Made by a program: the position numbers and the translations under genes. DNA of 47,662 nucleotides from Candidatus Limnocylindria bacterium (GTDB lineage Bacteria; Desulfobacterota; Deferrimicrobia; Deferrimicrobiales; Deferrimicrobiaceae), in contig DATHRT010000109.1 of assembly GCA_035464915.1 (NCBI GenBank), positions 1 to 47,662 on the forward strand. Reading direction: 5' to 3'. Each line of letters opens with the position of its first letter. The first letter of the stretch is position 1. Positions 20,051-32,840 of the stretch are shown in pieces. The notes beneath the pieces are model-generated. The model searched no databases. It was not told the origin of the DNA and saw only the letters and a program-made list of their open reading frames with translations.

Positions 20051-20773
20051 CTACAGGGAGAACTGCTCTCCCAGGTATATTTCCCGCACACGCGGGGAGG
20101 ATGCGATCTCCTCGGGGTTCCCTTCGAGAAGGATCTCCCCTTCGGAAATGATGTACGCCCGGTCGCACACCGTGAGGGTGTCGCGCACGTTATGATCCGT
20201 TATTATAACCCCGATTCCCTTCTCTTTTAAGCCAAGTATCACCTGCTGCAGATCCGCGACCGAAATGGGGTCGATCCCGGCGAACGGTTCGTCGAGGAGC
20301 AGAAACACCGGGGAAATCACCAGGGAACGGGCGATCTCCACGCGCCGCCGCTCCCCTCCCGACAGGGAATACCCCATCGTCTCCTTCACGTGGGATATCC
20401 GCATCTCCGCGAGGAGATCGGAGAGCCGCTTTTCCCGTTCTCCCTTCGGCAGGGAGGTCTCTTCCAGAAAGACCAGGATGTTCTCCCGGACCGTCAGTTT
20501 GCGGAAGACCGACGGCTCCTGGGGGAGGTAGCCGAGCCCCATCCTGGCCCGCCGGTGCATCGGAAGGCGGGTGATATCCTGCCCGTTGAGAAGGACCGTG
20601 CCGTTGTCCGGCCGAACCAGCCCCACAATCATATAGAAGATCGTGGTTTTCCCCGCGCCGTTCGGACCCAGTAGACCCACGACCTCCCCGGGGGCAATTT
20701 GGAGCGAAACACCCTTGACGGCCTCACGTTCCCGATATCGCTTCCTCAGGTCGCGGACGGCCAGTGATTTCAA
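20051..20773 (-). CDS. lptB: LPS export ABC transporter ATP-binding protein LptB
   Basis: Track ORF, 240 aa, TTG start. Motifs GPNGAGKTT, LSGGERRRVEIAR and LLLDEPFAGID. Confidence 0.9.
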   Translation of the reverse strand: MKSLAVRDLRKRYREREAVKGVSLQIAPGEVVGLLGPNGAGKTTIFYMIVGLVRPDNGTVLLNGQDITRLPMHRRARMGLGYLPQEPSVFRKLTVRENILVFLEETSLPKGEREKRLSDLLAEMRISHVKETMGYSLSGGERRRVEIARSLVISPVFLLLDEPFAGIDPISVADLQQVILGLKEKGIGVIITDHNVRDTLTVCDRAYIISEGEILLEGNPEEIASSPRVREIYLGEQFSL

Positions 20774-21333
20774 CGGCTTTCCTTTTCCTTGCTTTGAAGA
20801 AGGCGTTGCGGGTGGAGGACCGCACGGACGCGCCCGCTTTCCCCCCCCGTCACAACGGACCGGTTTTCCCGCAGGTAGATCGTCACCGTATCGCCTTTCA
20901 GGGTGTTCTCCCCCTGTTTCAGGTCGGCTCCCCCCGAGAGGACGATCCGCTGCTCCAGGTTGTAGAAAACGGCCTGAGCGGCACGCGCCTCCCTCCCCTC
21001 CTGCACCACCCGGACGTTACCCTCCGCCGTGATTTTCTCGATGGCATTCTGCCCCCGGGAATATTCCGCGAACAACCGGTCGGCATGAAGCGTCACGTCC
21101 GCCTGTATCGCCACGACATTCCCTTCGAAGGTCACAGATTCCGTGCCGCTGTCGGCATTCAGGCGGTCGGCGGTAATCTCGATGGGCTGACGGCCCGCCT
21201 CGTCCGGACGCCATGCTCCCGGTTTCTCCTCGGCCCCGGCCGGGACCGTCATGACCAGAAAGAGCAGAAGGGGAACCACTCCCCTCGCCGCAATGCGCGC
21301 GAAGTTTCGCAAGCGGGTCGTTGGTCCTCTCAC
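20770..21333 (-). CDS. lptA: LPS transport periplasmic protein LptA (OstA-like)
   Basis: Track ORF, 187 aa, GTG start. Signal peptide ending PAGAEE, and OstA-like repeats ITADRLNADSG..VTFEGNV...AEGNVRVV.. Confidence 0.8.
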   Translation of the reverse strand: MRGPTTRLRNFARIAARGVVPLLLFLVMTVPAGAEEKPGAWRPDEAGRQPIEITADRLNADSGTESVTFEGNVVAIQADVTLHADRLFAEYSRGQNAIEKITAEGNVRVVQEGREARAAQAVFYNLEQRIVLSGGADLKQGENTLKGDTVTIYLRENRSVVTGGESGRVRAVLHPQRLLQSKEKESR

Positions 21334-21337
21334 GTCC

Positions 21338-21910
21338 TCATCCTTCTTTTCCCGGAGCCAGAACTCTCCCCGGAAGGATACTGCTCCTGGGGGAATCGAG
21401 CGCCACCGTGCTGTCTTGCCACCGCCAGCGCAAATTCCTCCCCTCCACCGTAAAACCGGGGCCGGCGAGGCGGGCTTCCTCCGCCATGATCACCTCCGAC
21501 TTCAGGTCGATGCTTGCCCGGGGGGCAGTCGCGGTCCAACCCGTACCGTTTCCCACGACGGCCCCTTTTGCAAGGTCGATCCGGCCGTTGTTCAGGTCCC
21601 AGAACGCCAATGGGGCGCTCGCCACGACGTTTTCTCCCCGCTCCCGCAGCGAGAGTCTCACACCCGCCGCGACCACCCTTCCCAGCGAGATCGAGTAGGA
21701 GGCGTTATCCGAAGCGAGCCGGTAGATCTGCCCCTCCGGGTGCACCTCGGCGATCTCGACTGCGCGCAGAATAATTTTCGGTCCTCCGCCGTTCCCGCCG
21801 TTCCTCCCTTCAGGGAGAGGGCGCAGGCTCCCTGACAGGTTCTGAACCAGCAGATAGGCCCCGGCGATGAGCGCCACCACCGCCAGCCCCGACAACACCT
21901 TCCCGATCAC
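21338..21910 (-). CDS. lptC: LptC-like LPS export anchor protein
   Basis: Track ORF 21338..21955. I prefer GTG at 21910, which follows AGGAGAGGGAGG and overlaps the kdsC stop (GTGA). Single N-terminal TM helix. The call rests mainly on position between kdsC and lptA. Confidence 0.55.
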   Translation of the reverse strand: MIGKVLSGLAVVALIAGAYLLVQNLSGSLRPLPEGRNGGNGGGPKIILRAVEIAEVHPEGQIYRLASDNASYSISLGRVVAAGVRLSLRERGENVVASAPLAFWDLNNGRIDLAKGAVVGNGTGWTATAPRASIDLKSEVIMAEEARLAGPGFTVEGRNLRWRWQDSTVALDSPRSSILPGRVLAPGKEG

Positions 21911-22464
21911 CCTCCCTCTCCTGTATCGAAATATTTCCCTGAAATCTTGCCCCACGTCCCGCAGGATTTCAGCACGAATTCGATGATCTCCCGCACGGCA
22001 CCGTGCCCTCCCCGTCGGGAGGAGACGTAGTCAGCCTCGGAAAGGACATACTCTTCGGCGTCGGCCACCGCCGCAGCGAACCCGACCTGCCGCAGAAGGG
22101 AAACGTCCACGATGTCGTCCCCCACGTAAGCGCTTTCCTCCGGGGCGATCCCTTTCTCCCCCAGGATTTCCCTCCACATGGCCACCTTGTCCCATACCCC
22201 CTGCCGGACGAGGGATATTCCCAGTTCCTCCGCGCGGAACCGCACCGCCTCCGACGTCCTCCCGGTGATGATCCCGACCTCGATTCCCGCCCGCTGCATC
22301 ATCTTGATCCCGTGCCCGTCCCGCACGTGGAACCGCTTCGTCTCCACCCCGTTACCGTCGAAGATAATTCCCCCGTCGGTCAGCACCCCGTCCACGTCGA
22401 CCAGGAACAGGCGCACCCCGGCCGCCTTCGCTTCGGCACCCTGCCTCACCAGAGGCCCGCTCAT
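21907..22464 (-). CDS. kdsC: 3-deoxy-D-manno-octulosonate 8-phosphate phosphatase (HAD family)
   Basis: Track ORF, 185 aa. HAD motif I LVDVDGVLTDG and motif GDDIVD. Confidence 0.85.
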   Translation of the reverse strand: MSGPLVRQGAEAKAAGVRLFLVDVDGVLTDGGIIFDGNGVETKRFHVRDGHGIKMMQRAGIEVGIITGRTSEAVRFRAEELGISLVRQGVWDKVAMWREILGEKGIAPEESAYVGDDIVDVSLLRQVGFAAAVADAEEYVLSEADYVSSRRGGHGAVREIIEFVLKSCGTWGKISGKYFDTGEGG

Positions 22465-23442
22465 CCGATGCCTGCCTTCAGGAGGTCGTGGATGTGGACG
22501 ATTCCTACCAGGGTCTCCGGGGCTTTCTCGTCAAAGACGAACAGGCTCGTGATCGAAAACTCCTCCATCTTTCGAAGGGCGGACGCGGCAAGCTCCGACG
22601 AGGTCAATCTCTTCGGACTCCGGGTCATGATCTCTCCCGCCTTCGCCGTGAACAGGTCGACCCCCCGGGCCATCGCCCTCCGCACGTCTCCGTCGGTGAT
22701 CACCCCCACGAGGGCCCCTTTCCCGTTCACGACTCCCGTAACCCCGAGCCGTTTGGAACTGATCACGAAGAGGGCGTCCTTGAGCGGGGTCTCCGTAAGG
22801 ACCAGCGGGATCTCCTCTCCACGGTGCATGACGTCCTCCACTTTCTGCAGCCGGTGCCCCAGCGCTCCTCCGGGATGGAGCATGGCGAAGTCCTGCAAGG
22901 AAAATCCCTTTTCCTCGAACAGGACGACGGCAAGCGCGTCGCCGAGCGCCAGCATGGCGGTCGTGGACGCGGTGGGCGCAAGGCCTAACGGACAGGCCTC
23001 TTCCCGCACTCCGGCGTCCAGCGTCACGTCGGCGTGTCGCGCCAGGATGGAGTCCGGATTCCCGGTCAGTGCGATGAGGGAAAGCCCCAGCCGCTTGAAT
23101 ATGGGCAGGAGCCGAACGATTTCCTCGGTTTCCCCCGAGTTCGAAAGAGCGATGACGACGTCTCCTGTTCGGACCATCCCGATGTCGCCGTGCATACCCT
23201 CGGACGGGTGGAGAAAGAAAGCGGGGGTTCCGGTGGAGGCGAACGTCGCGGCGATCTTCCTGCCGATAAGACCGGACTTCCCCACCCCGGTCAGGACAAG
23301 CTTCCCCGGCGCCTCCAGGAGAATGTCGATGGCCCGGGAGAAACTCTCGTTGATTCTCTCCCGCAATCCAGTGATGCCCTCCGCCTCGATCGAAAGGACT
23401 CGGGAGGCTCGCCGGACGAGTGCTTCCGACCGGTCGCGCGGA

Positions 23443-23453
<11 letters not shown>
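22461..23453 (-). CDS. kdsD: Arabinose-5-phosphate isomerase (SIS plus tandem CBS)
   Basis: Track ORF, 330 aa. SIS motif GVGKSGLIGRKIA, followed by two CBS-like repeats. Confidence 0.9.
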
Positions 23454-26709
<3,256 letters not shown>

Positions 26710-26713
<4 letters not shown>

Positions 26714-27771
26714 GGAAACACGGGGAGCCTCTGGAGACCCTCGTCCTCCGGAAAGCCCATCATGAGGTTGAAGCACTGGACGGCGGCGCCGGAGGCGCCC
26801 TTCCCCAGGTTGTCGATCGCGGAAACAGCGATCACGCGGCGGCTTTTCTCGTCGAACCGGACGGCGATGTCGCAGAAGTTGCTCCCCGAAACATCCTTTG
26901 TCGAGGGAAGGACATCCGGCGGACAGAGGCGCACGAACGGCTCCTTCCCGTAATGCTTCCGGTAGGCCTTTTCCACGTCCTTCGCCGCGACCTTCCTCCG
27001 CGCCATCGCAAAGCAAGTCGCGAGAATTCCCCGCACCATGGGAAGGAGGTGCGGAACGAAAGTCACAGCCACGTTTTTCCCGGCGGCAAGCGAAAGCTCC
27101 TGGTCCATCTCCGGGTTGTGGCGGTGCGTGGGAAGTCCGTACGGGCGCACCCCTCCCTCTACCTCCGGATAGTGGAAGCCGAGATTTGGCCCCCTTCCCC
27201 CCCCTGACACCCCGGTCTTGCAGTCCGCCACGATCCCCTCCGCATCGACCAGTCCTTCCGCAAGCAGCGGGTAAAGGGCCAGGATCACCGCCGTGGGAAA
27301 GCAGCCGGGAATGGCCGCCAGTCGGGTCTTCCGGAGAGCGTCCCGGTAGATTTCGGGGAGCCCGTATGCCGCCTGCTTGCAAAGGTCCGGAAAATTGTGC
27401 CGTACCCCGTAGACGGACTCGTACAGCGGGATGCTCCGGAAGCGGAAATCGGCCGACAGGTCGATGACCCGGGCTCCCCGCGGGAGAATCTCCGCGGCCA
27501 CGGGGGCGGAAACGGTGTGCGGGAGGGCGAGAAATACCGCATCCACGTCTTCCGTGCGCACCTGCCCCATCTTTCCGAAGGCGACCTTCGGCAGCCTCCC
27601 GCGGAACGGGGCGAACGCCTGGTCCACCGGAAGATCCGAATACTGCTCGGAGGTAAGGACCGTGATCTTCGCTCCGGGGTGCGACAGCAGCAGACGGATG
27701 AGTTCGAACCCGGTATACCCCGTCGCCCCGTATATGGCAACCCTGGTCATGGACACCGCCTTCCCGCTCAT
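26710..27771 (-). CDS. argC: N-acetyl-gamma-glutamyl-phosphate reductase
   Basis: Track ORF, 353 aa. YGATGYTGFEL NAD motif and catalytic-Cys context PGCFPTA. Alternative ATG at 27750. Confidence 0.9.
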
Positions 27772-27833
27772 AATACAGCATCTCCTGTGCAGGACCGGTC
27801 CCGCTTCCCCCCGGGGGTTCCGGAGGACCCCGT

Positions 27834-27870
27834 AAAAACGAAAAAGGGGAAGGCGCCACCGGCCTTCCCC
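27834..27870 (-). terminator. Rho-independent terminator downstream of rpsI
   Basis: On the minus strand: GGGGAAGGC-CGGTGGC-GCCTTCCCC (9-bp GC-rich stem, 7-nt loop) followed immediately by TTTTTCGTTTTT. It lies 37 nt after the rpsI stop. Confidence 0.8.
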
Positions 27871-27907
27871 TTCCGAAACCGTTCGCTGGGCGAAAAGCCC
27901 TTCGCGC

Positions 27908-28300
27908 TCACCGCTTGGAGAACTGGAACCGTTTCCGCGCCCCCGGTCGTCCGTACTTTTTCCGTTCCTTGACGCGCGCGTCCCTCGTCAGAAAGCCCGC
28001 TCGCTTCAGCATGGACCGAAGCTCGGGATTGTCGATCTGCAGCGCCTTGGCGATCCCGTACTTTAGCGAGTCGGCCTGGGATGCAGGCCCGCCACCCGTG
28101 ACGTTGACTTCCACGTCCACGCTCTGCCGCTTCCCCGTGAGGACCAGCGGCTGCACCGCCGCGGCCCGAAGGGCCAGCACGGGGAAGTATTCCTCGAACT
28201 CGCGGCCATTCACAAGGATGCGTCCGGTGCCCGGTTTCATGTAGACCCGCGAGATGGAAGTTTTCCGCTTGCCGGTTGCATAGATCTTCGCCTGTGCCAT
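27908..28300 (-). CDS. rpsI: 30S ribosomal protein S9
   Basis: Track ORF, 130 aa, ending GARKRFQFSKR. Confidence 0.95.
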   Translation of the reverse strand: MAQAKIYATGKRKTSISRVYMKPGTGRILVNGREFEEYFPVLALRAAAVQPLVLTGKRQSVDVEVNVTGGGPASQADSLKYGIAKALQIDNPELRSMLKRAGFLTRDARVKERKKYGRPGARKRFQFSKR

Positions 28301-28304
28301 ACGT

Positions 28305-28757
28305 TTACGCCCTCTCCTTTCCGTTCACGACCAGCGGCCTCGGCTGCTGGGCCTGGTGGGGATGGTCAGGGCCGGCGTAGACCTTGAGCTTCGTGAACAA
28401 CCGGTCCCCCAGCCGAGACTTGGGAAGCATTCCGCGCACCGCCCACTCGACAATACGTTCGGGGCGGTTCGAAGAAATGACCTTTTCCGGTGTGGTCTCC
28501 TTCAGGCCCCCGATGTATCCCGAGTGCCGGTAATACAACTTGTCGGTCATCTTCTTGCCGGTGAGCTTCACCTTATCCGCGTTGATGACGATAACAAAAT
28601 CGCCGATGTCCGCGTTGGGCGTATAGGTGGGCTTGTGCTTCCCCCGCAATACCGACGCCACCCGCGTGGCGAGACGGCCGAGCACCTGATTCTGCGCGTC
28701 CACCACGTGCCAATTCTGGTTCGCGGCCTCTCTCGTAAAAAAAACCGTCGTTTTCAT
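28305..28757 (-). CDS. rplM: 50S ribosomal protein L13
   Basis: Track ORF, 150 aa. WHVVDAQNQVLGRLATRVASVLRGKHKPTYTP. Confidence 0.95.
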   Translation of the reverse strand: MKTTVFFTREAANQNWHVVDAQNQVLGRLATRVASVLRGKHKPTYTPNADIGDFVIVINADKVKLTGKKMTDKLYYRHSGYIGGLKETTPEKVISSNRPERIVEWAVRGMLPKSRLGDRLFTKLKVYAGPDHPHQAQQPRPLVVNGKERA

Positions 28758-28816
28758 CTTGGCAAACCTTTCTCTTAAAAATCAAAGGGGTATTAGATCT
28801 CAACCAACCTCTAACG

Positions 28817-29614
28817 TCAAGAGGAAAAGCCGTTTTCCCGCTCCCCCCCGGCCGGGCGGGAGGACGGGTTTTTCCCGTACACCACCTCCCACAGGAACAG
28901 TCCGTGGGGCGGAGCGGTGGGCCCGGCAAGCGTCCGGTCCCGCCGCCCGAGCAGTTCGCAAACCCAGTCCGGCAGGTTCTTCCCCTTGCCGATGTCGACG
29001 AGTGTCCCTGCGACGTTCCGCACCATGTGCCTGAGGAAACCGCTGCCGGTAATGCGGACGGAGACCAGACCCGGAACGCCTTCCTCCTCGATGCCGGCGC
29101 GAAAAATTTTCCGGACCGTGGTCCTCGCGGTGCATCCTTGTCCCCGAAAGGAGGAGAAGTCATGCGTTCCCACGATGTGTGCGAGACCTCGCCGCATCGC
29201 GCCGATGTCGACAAGTTTCCCCAGGTGCCACGAGTAGCACGCAAGAAACGGGGAGGCGACAGGCCCCAGGTAGAAGAAGTACCGGTATTCCTTGCCTTTT
29301 GCGTCGCGTCGCGCGTTGAAGTGCGGAGGTGCCTCCTCGGCGGAAAGGATCCGGATATCCGGCGGGAGAAGAGCGTTTCCCCCGCGGACGATTGTACCCA
29401 AGGAACGTCTCCCGGAGTCGGCGAAATCGACCACTTGTTCCCGGGCATGCACCCCCGCATCGGTACGGCTGGCCGCCCGGAGACGGACCGGCTCCTGGAG
29501 GAGCCGGGAAAGGGCATCCTCCGCCACCGACTGGATGGTGACCCCGTTCGCCTGGAGCTGAAATCCGCAGTACGCGGTCCCGTCGTACGCGATCGTCAGT
29601 TTTACGTGGCGCAT
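28817..29614 (-). CDS. truA: tRNA pseudouridine(38-40) synthase TruA
   Basis: Track ORF, 265 aa. MRHVKLTIAYDGTAYCGFQ and RTDAGVHA (catalytic Asp). Confidence 0.9.
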   Translation of the reverse strand: MRHVKLTIAYDGTAYCGFQLQANGVTIQSVAEDALSRLLQEPVRLRAASRTDAGVHAREQVVDFADSGRRSLGTIVRGGNALLPPDIRILSAEEAPPHFNARRDAKGKEYRYFFYLGPVASPFLACYSWHLGKLVDIGAMRRGLAHIVGTHDFSSFRGQGCTARTTVRKIFRAGIEEEGVPGLVSVRITGSGFLRHMVRNVAGTLVDIGKGKNLPDWVCELLGRRDRTLAGPTAPPHGLFLWEVVYGKNPSSRPAGGERENGFSS

Positions 29615-29801
29615 CGTTCCGGAAGCCCTCTCTATCGCCTCAACCCCGGCCGATGAAGGACCCTAGCTCGCGGGGGATTCCCCGTAGCAAACGCTCGCGA
29701 CCTTTCGCCCGCTCGCTGCCGGTTCCGCTCGCGAGAGCCGGGGACTCGCTCCACAGGCCGCTCCGCGGAACCCCCCGCATCGCCCCGGGTTCCCGTTCAT
29801 C

Positions 29802-29906
29802 GGCGCAGCAGCCGCAGGAGGCGGGGCGCAGTGAGGTAAAGCACAGCCGTGCGGGTTCATCGCACGGCGAGCCACGAACGGAGCCCCCCTCCGAGGATGC
29901 GGAGCC
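29802..29906 (+). repeat. Copy B of the 105-nt GC-rich intergenic repeat
   Basis: 101 of 105 positions are identical to the reverse complement of 32693..32797 by hand alignment. Hairpin GCCGTGCG-GGTTCAT-CGCACGGC at 29846..29868. Lies in the 375-nt asd-truA gap. Confidence 0.9.
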
Positions 29907-29923
29907 GATCCCGGGGATCGAAA

Positions 29924-29961
29924 CGCCACCGGGAGCGGAGGGTCCCCCGCTCCCGGTGGCG
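29924..29961 (-). terminator. Perfect 14-15 bp hairpin downstream of asd (possible terminator or mRNA 3-prime stabiliser)
   Basis: GCCACCGGGAGCGG (29925..29938), an 8-nt loop, then CCGCTCCCGGTGGC (29947..29960). On the minus strand it is followed only by GTTTCG, a weak U-tract. It lies 29 nt after the asd stop. Confidence 0.35.
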
Positions 29962-29989
29962 CGACATCGATTCGGACTGCCTTCGGTGC

Positions 29990-31027
29990 TTACGCGTGGG
30001 CGGGCTGCAGGTGCTTCTGGGCGAGCACCTCGGCGATCTGGATCGCATTCAGGGCCGCCCCCTTCCGTAGCTGGTCCCCGCACACCCAGAAGTTCAGGGC
30101 GTTCTCCGCGCTCTCATCCTCGCGGATGCGCCCGACGTAGCAATCGTCCTTTCCCGCGCAGAAAAGCGGCATCGGATACACGTTGCCCGCCGGGTCGTCC
30201 ATCACCTGGCAGCCGGGGAACGCCGCGATCAGCTCCCGCGCCTTTTCGCGGGAGATTTTCCTCTCGAACTGCGCGTTGACCGAAATCGAGTGGGCGGTCA
30301 GGACCGGTACGCGTACCGTGGTGCAGGTAATGCGCAGGTCAGGAATCCCCATGATCTTGCGCCCCTCGTTCGTCATCTTCATCTCTTCTTTCGTGTATCC
30401 GTTCTCGAGGAAGGCGTCGATGTGCGGAATAACGTTGAAGGCGATCTGGTGCTGGAACGCCGCCACTTCCAGTTTCTCGTTGCTGGCGAACGCCTTCGTC
30501 TGCGCGATGAGCTCGGCCATCGCCTTGGCACCCGCCCCGGAGGTCGCCTGATAGGAGGAAGCCACGACCCGCTGCAGCGTCCCGAAGTCGTGCAGGGGCT
30601 TGAGCGGCATGACCGCGACGATTGTGGTACAGTTCGGGTTCGCGATGATCCCCCGATTCCGGTATTGGGCAATCGCGTCGCCATTGATCTCGGGCACCAC
30701 CAACGGGATGTCCGGCTCCATCCGGAAGGCCGACGAGTTGTCGACGACCACCGCTCCGGACTCCCCGGCCGCCGGGGCGAACTCCTTGCTCCGGGACGCC
30801 CCCGCCGAGAACAGGGCGATGTCGATTCCCCGGAAGGCGCTCTTCTGGAGGAGTTCAACGGGAACCTCTTCCCCCCGGAACCGGATCCTTTTCCCGACCG
30901 ACCTTTCGGAGGCAAGCAGCCGGATGTTCCGAATGGGGAAATTCCTCTCCTCCAGAATCCGCAGCATCACGTTCCCGACCGCGCCCGTCGCACCTGCAAC
31001 AGCGACGTTAAAGTTTTTCGTGGCCAT
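29990..31027 (-). CDS. asd: Aspartate-semialdehyde dehydrogenase
   Basis: Track ORF, 345 aa. AGATGAVG and active-site PNCTTI. Confidence 0.95.
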   Translation of the reverse strand: MATKNFNVAVAGATGAVGNVMLRILEERNFPIRNIRLLASERSVGKRIRFRGEEVPVELLQKSAFRGIDIALFSAGASRSKEFAPAAGESGAVVVDNSSAFRMEPDIPLVVPEINGDAIAQYRNRGIIANPNCTTIVAVMPLKPLHDFGTLQRVVASSYQATSGAGAKAMAELIAQTKAFASNEKLEVAAFQHQIAFNVIPHIDAFLENGYTKEEMKMTNEGRKIMGIPDLRITCTTVRVPVLTAHSISVNAQFERKISREKARELIAAFPGCQVMDDPAGNVYPMPLFCAGKDDCYVGRIREDESAENALNFWVCGDQLRKGAALNAIQIAEVLAQKHLQPAHA

Positions 31028-31042
31028 TTCCCTCGCTCCTTA

Positions 31043-32131
31043 TCACGAGTTGTCCGTAATGGTTTGCCGTACCTTGTCACCCATTTCCAAGGTTCCTACC
31101 CGCCGAACCCCGGGCCCATCGCGGTAGATGTCGCCCGTGCGGCAGCCGTCCGCAAGCGTCTTCCCTACCGCGTCCTCGATCAGAGCGGACTCCCTGACCA
31201 TGGCAAATGAATATTCTAGCATCATCGCCGCGGAAAGTATCATGGCCAGAGGATTGGCCAGCCCTTTCCCCGCGATGTCCGGGGCGCTCCCGTGGATCGG
31301 CTCGAACAGCCCCACGTTTCCCCCGAGCGAGGCAGAAGGGAGCATCCCGATCGAGCCCGTGACCATCGACGCCTCGTCCGTCAGGATGTCGCCGAAGAGG
31401 TTCGTCGTGACGATCACGTCGAACTGCTTCGGGTTGCGGACGAGCTGCATGGCGCAGTTGTCGACGAGCATGTGGGAAAGGACAACGTCCGGAAACTCCG
31501 CCGCGCCCACCTCCGTGACGACCTTTCTCCACAGCACGGACGCCTCCAGGACGTTCGCCTTGTCCACGGAGGTTACCCTTCCCGTCCGTTTCCGGCCCAG
31601 TTCGAAGGCGACCCGGGCGACCCGCTCGATCTCCGGGCGGCAGTACACCTCCGTGTTGATACCCGTCTCGACGCCGTCGATCATCTTGATCCCGCGGGGC
31701 TCGCCGAAGTAGATCCCCCCGGTGAGCTCCCGTACGATCAGGAGATCGATTCCTTCCACGAGCTCCCTTCTCAGGGGCGATGCATCGAGAAGGGGCGCGA
31801 ACACCTTCGCGGGCCTCAAATTCGCGAAGAGCCCGAGGGTTTTCCGCAACTCCAGCAGTCCACGCTCCGGCCTGACCTCGAAGGGAAGCTGGTCCCACTT
31901 CGGCCCGCCGACGGCTCCCAGAAGAATGGCGTCTGACGACCGGGCCAGGGACAACGCCCTGTCGGTCATCGGAATGCCGTGGACGTCGTAGGACGCCCCG
32001 CCTAGCAGTTCCTCCTCGGTCTCGAACAGTTTTTTCCCCGAGACCTCCTCCAACGTCCGGAGGACAGACAGCGCCTCCCGGATAACCTCGGGACCGATCC
32101 CGTCGCCGGGAAATACGCAGACCTTTGGCAT
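31043..32131 (-). CDS. leuB: 3-isopropylmalate dehydrogenase
   Basis: Track ORF, 362 aa. GDGIGPEV and [10 protein letters not shown]. Confidence 0.95.
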   Translation of the reverse strand: MPKVCVFPGDGIGPEVIREALSVLRTLEEVSGKKLFETEEELLGGASYDVHGIPMTDRALSLARSSDAILLGAVGGPKWDQLPFEVRPERGLLELRKTLGLFANLRPAKVFAPLLDASPLRRELVEGIDLLIVRELTGGIYFGEPRGIKMIDGVETGINTEVYCRPEIERVARVAFELGRKRTGRVTSVDKANVLEASVLWRKVVTEVGAAEFPDVVLSHMLVDNCAMQLVRNPKQFDVIVTTNLFGDILTDEASMVTGSIGMLPSASLGGNVGLFEPIHGSAPDIAGKGLANPLAMILSAAMMLEYSFAMVRESALIEDAVGKTLADGCRTGDIYRDGPGVRRVGTLEMGDKVRQTITDNS

Positions 32132-32136
32132 GGCCG

Positions 32137-32634
32137 CTACGTTCCTTTCCGCCGGGACGCCATGTAGTTCAGCAATCCGCCTGCAGCGACAAGTTCCTGC
32201 ATGAACGGCGGTACCGGGGCGATGGCGTACTTACGCCCCTTCGTCTCGTTCCGCAGCATCCCCTGCCGCATGTCCAGAGTAAGAACATCCCCCGCATCGA
32301 TCTCGTCAACTGCCTGGGGCACCTCGAAGATGGGAAGACCCATGTTGAACGCGTTCCGGTAGAAGATCCGCGCGAACGAGCGGGCGATCACGGCAGAGGC
32401 TCCGGACGCCTTGATGGCGATGGGAGCGTGCTCTCGGGAGGAGCCGCACCCGAAGTTCTTCCCTGCCACGAGAAAATCCCCCGAGGAGACCTTCGCCGCA
32501 TACTCCTTGTCGATGCCCTCCATGCAGTGGCGGGCCAGTTCCTCCGGGTCGGAGGTGTTCAGATACCGTGCGGGGATGATGACGTCGGTGTCGACATCGT
32601 CCCCGTATTTCCAGGCCCGTCCTTTCAGCGCCAT
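32137..32634 (-). CDS. leuD: 3-isopropylmalate dehydratase small subunit (short type)
   Basis: Track ORF 32137..32658 (GTG) trimmed to ATG 32634, which has an AGGGGG Shine-Dalgarno-like run upstream. Motifs [13 protein letters not shown] and [17 protein letters not shown]. Confidence 0.9.
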   Translation of the reverse strand: MALKGRAWKYGDDVDTDVIIPARYLNTSDPEELARHCMEGIDKEYAAKVSSGDFLVAGKNFGCGSSREHAPIAIKASGASAVIARSFARIFYRNAFNMGLPIFEVPQAVDEIDAGDVLTLDMRQGMLRNETKGRKYAIAPVPPFMQELVAAGGLLNYMASRRKGT

Positions 32635-32692
32635 GCTGTCTGTCCCCCTCTCATCCACGTAGACCCTGGCTCGCCCCGTTTCCCCTATCCCC

Positions 32693-32797
32693 GGCTCCGC
32701 ATCCTCGGAGGGGGGCTCCGTTCGTGGCTCGCCGTGCGGTAAACCTGCACGGCTGCGCTTTACCTCACTGCGCCCCGCCTCCTGCGGCTGCTGCGCC
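32693..32797 (-). repeat. Copy C of the 105-nt GC-rich intergenic repeat (inverted relative to A and B)
   Basis: Reverse complement matches copy B at 101 of 105 positions. Hairpin at 32731..32753. Lies in the 206-nt spacer between the leuC stop (32841) and the leuD start (32634). Confidence 0.9.
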
Positions 32798-32840
32798 GTG
32801 AACCGGGCACCATGAACGCCGGGATTCGGTCCCGCGGGCG

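Noticed and set aside
29846-29868. tRNA T-arm-like look of the repeat hairpin (GGTTCAT loop)
   Set aside because: The loop does not match the TTCRANT consensus register. The stem is 8 bp rather than 5, and no acceptor, D or anticodon arms can be drawn around it. The loop sequence also differs in the other two copies.
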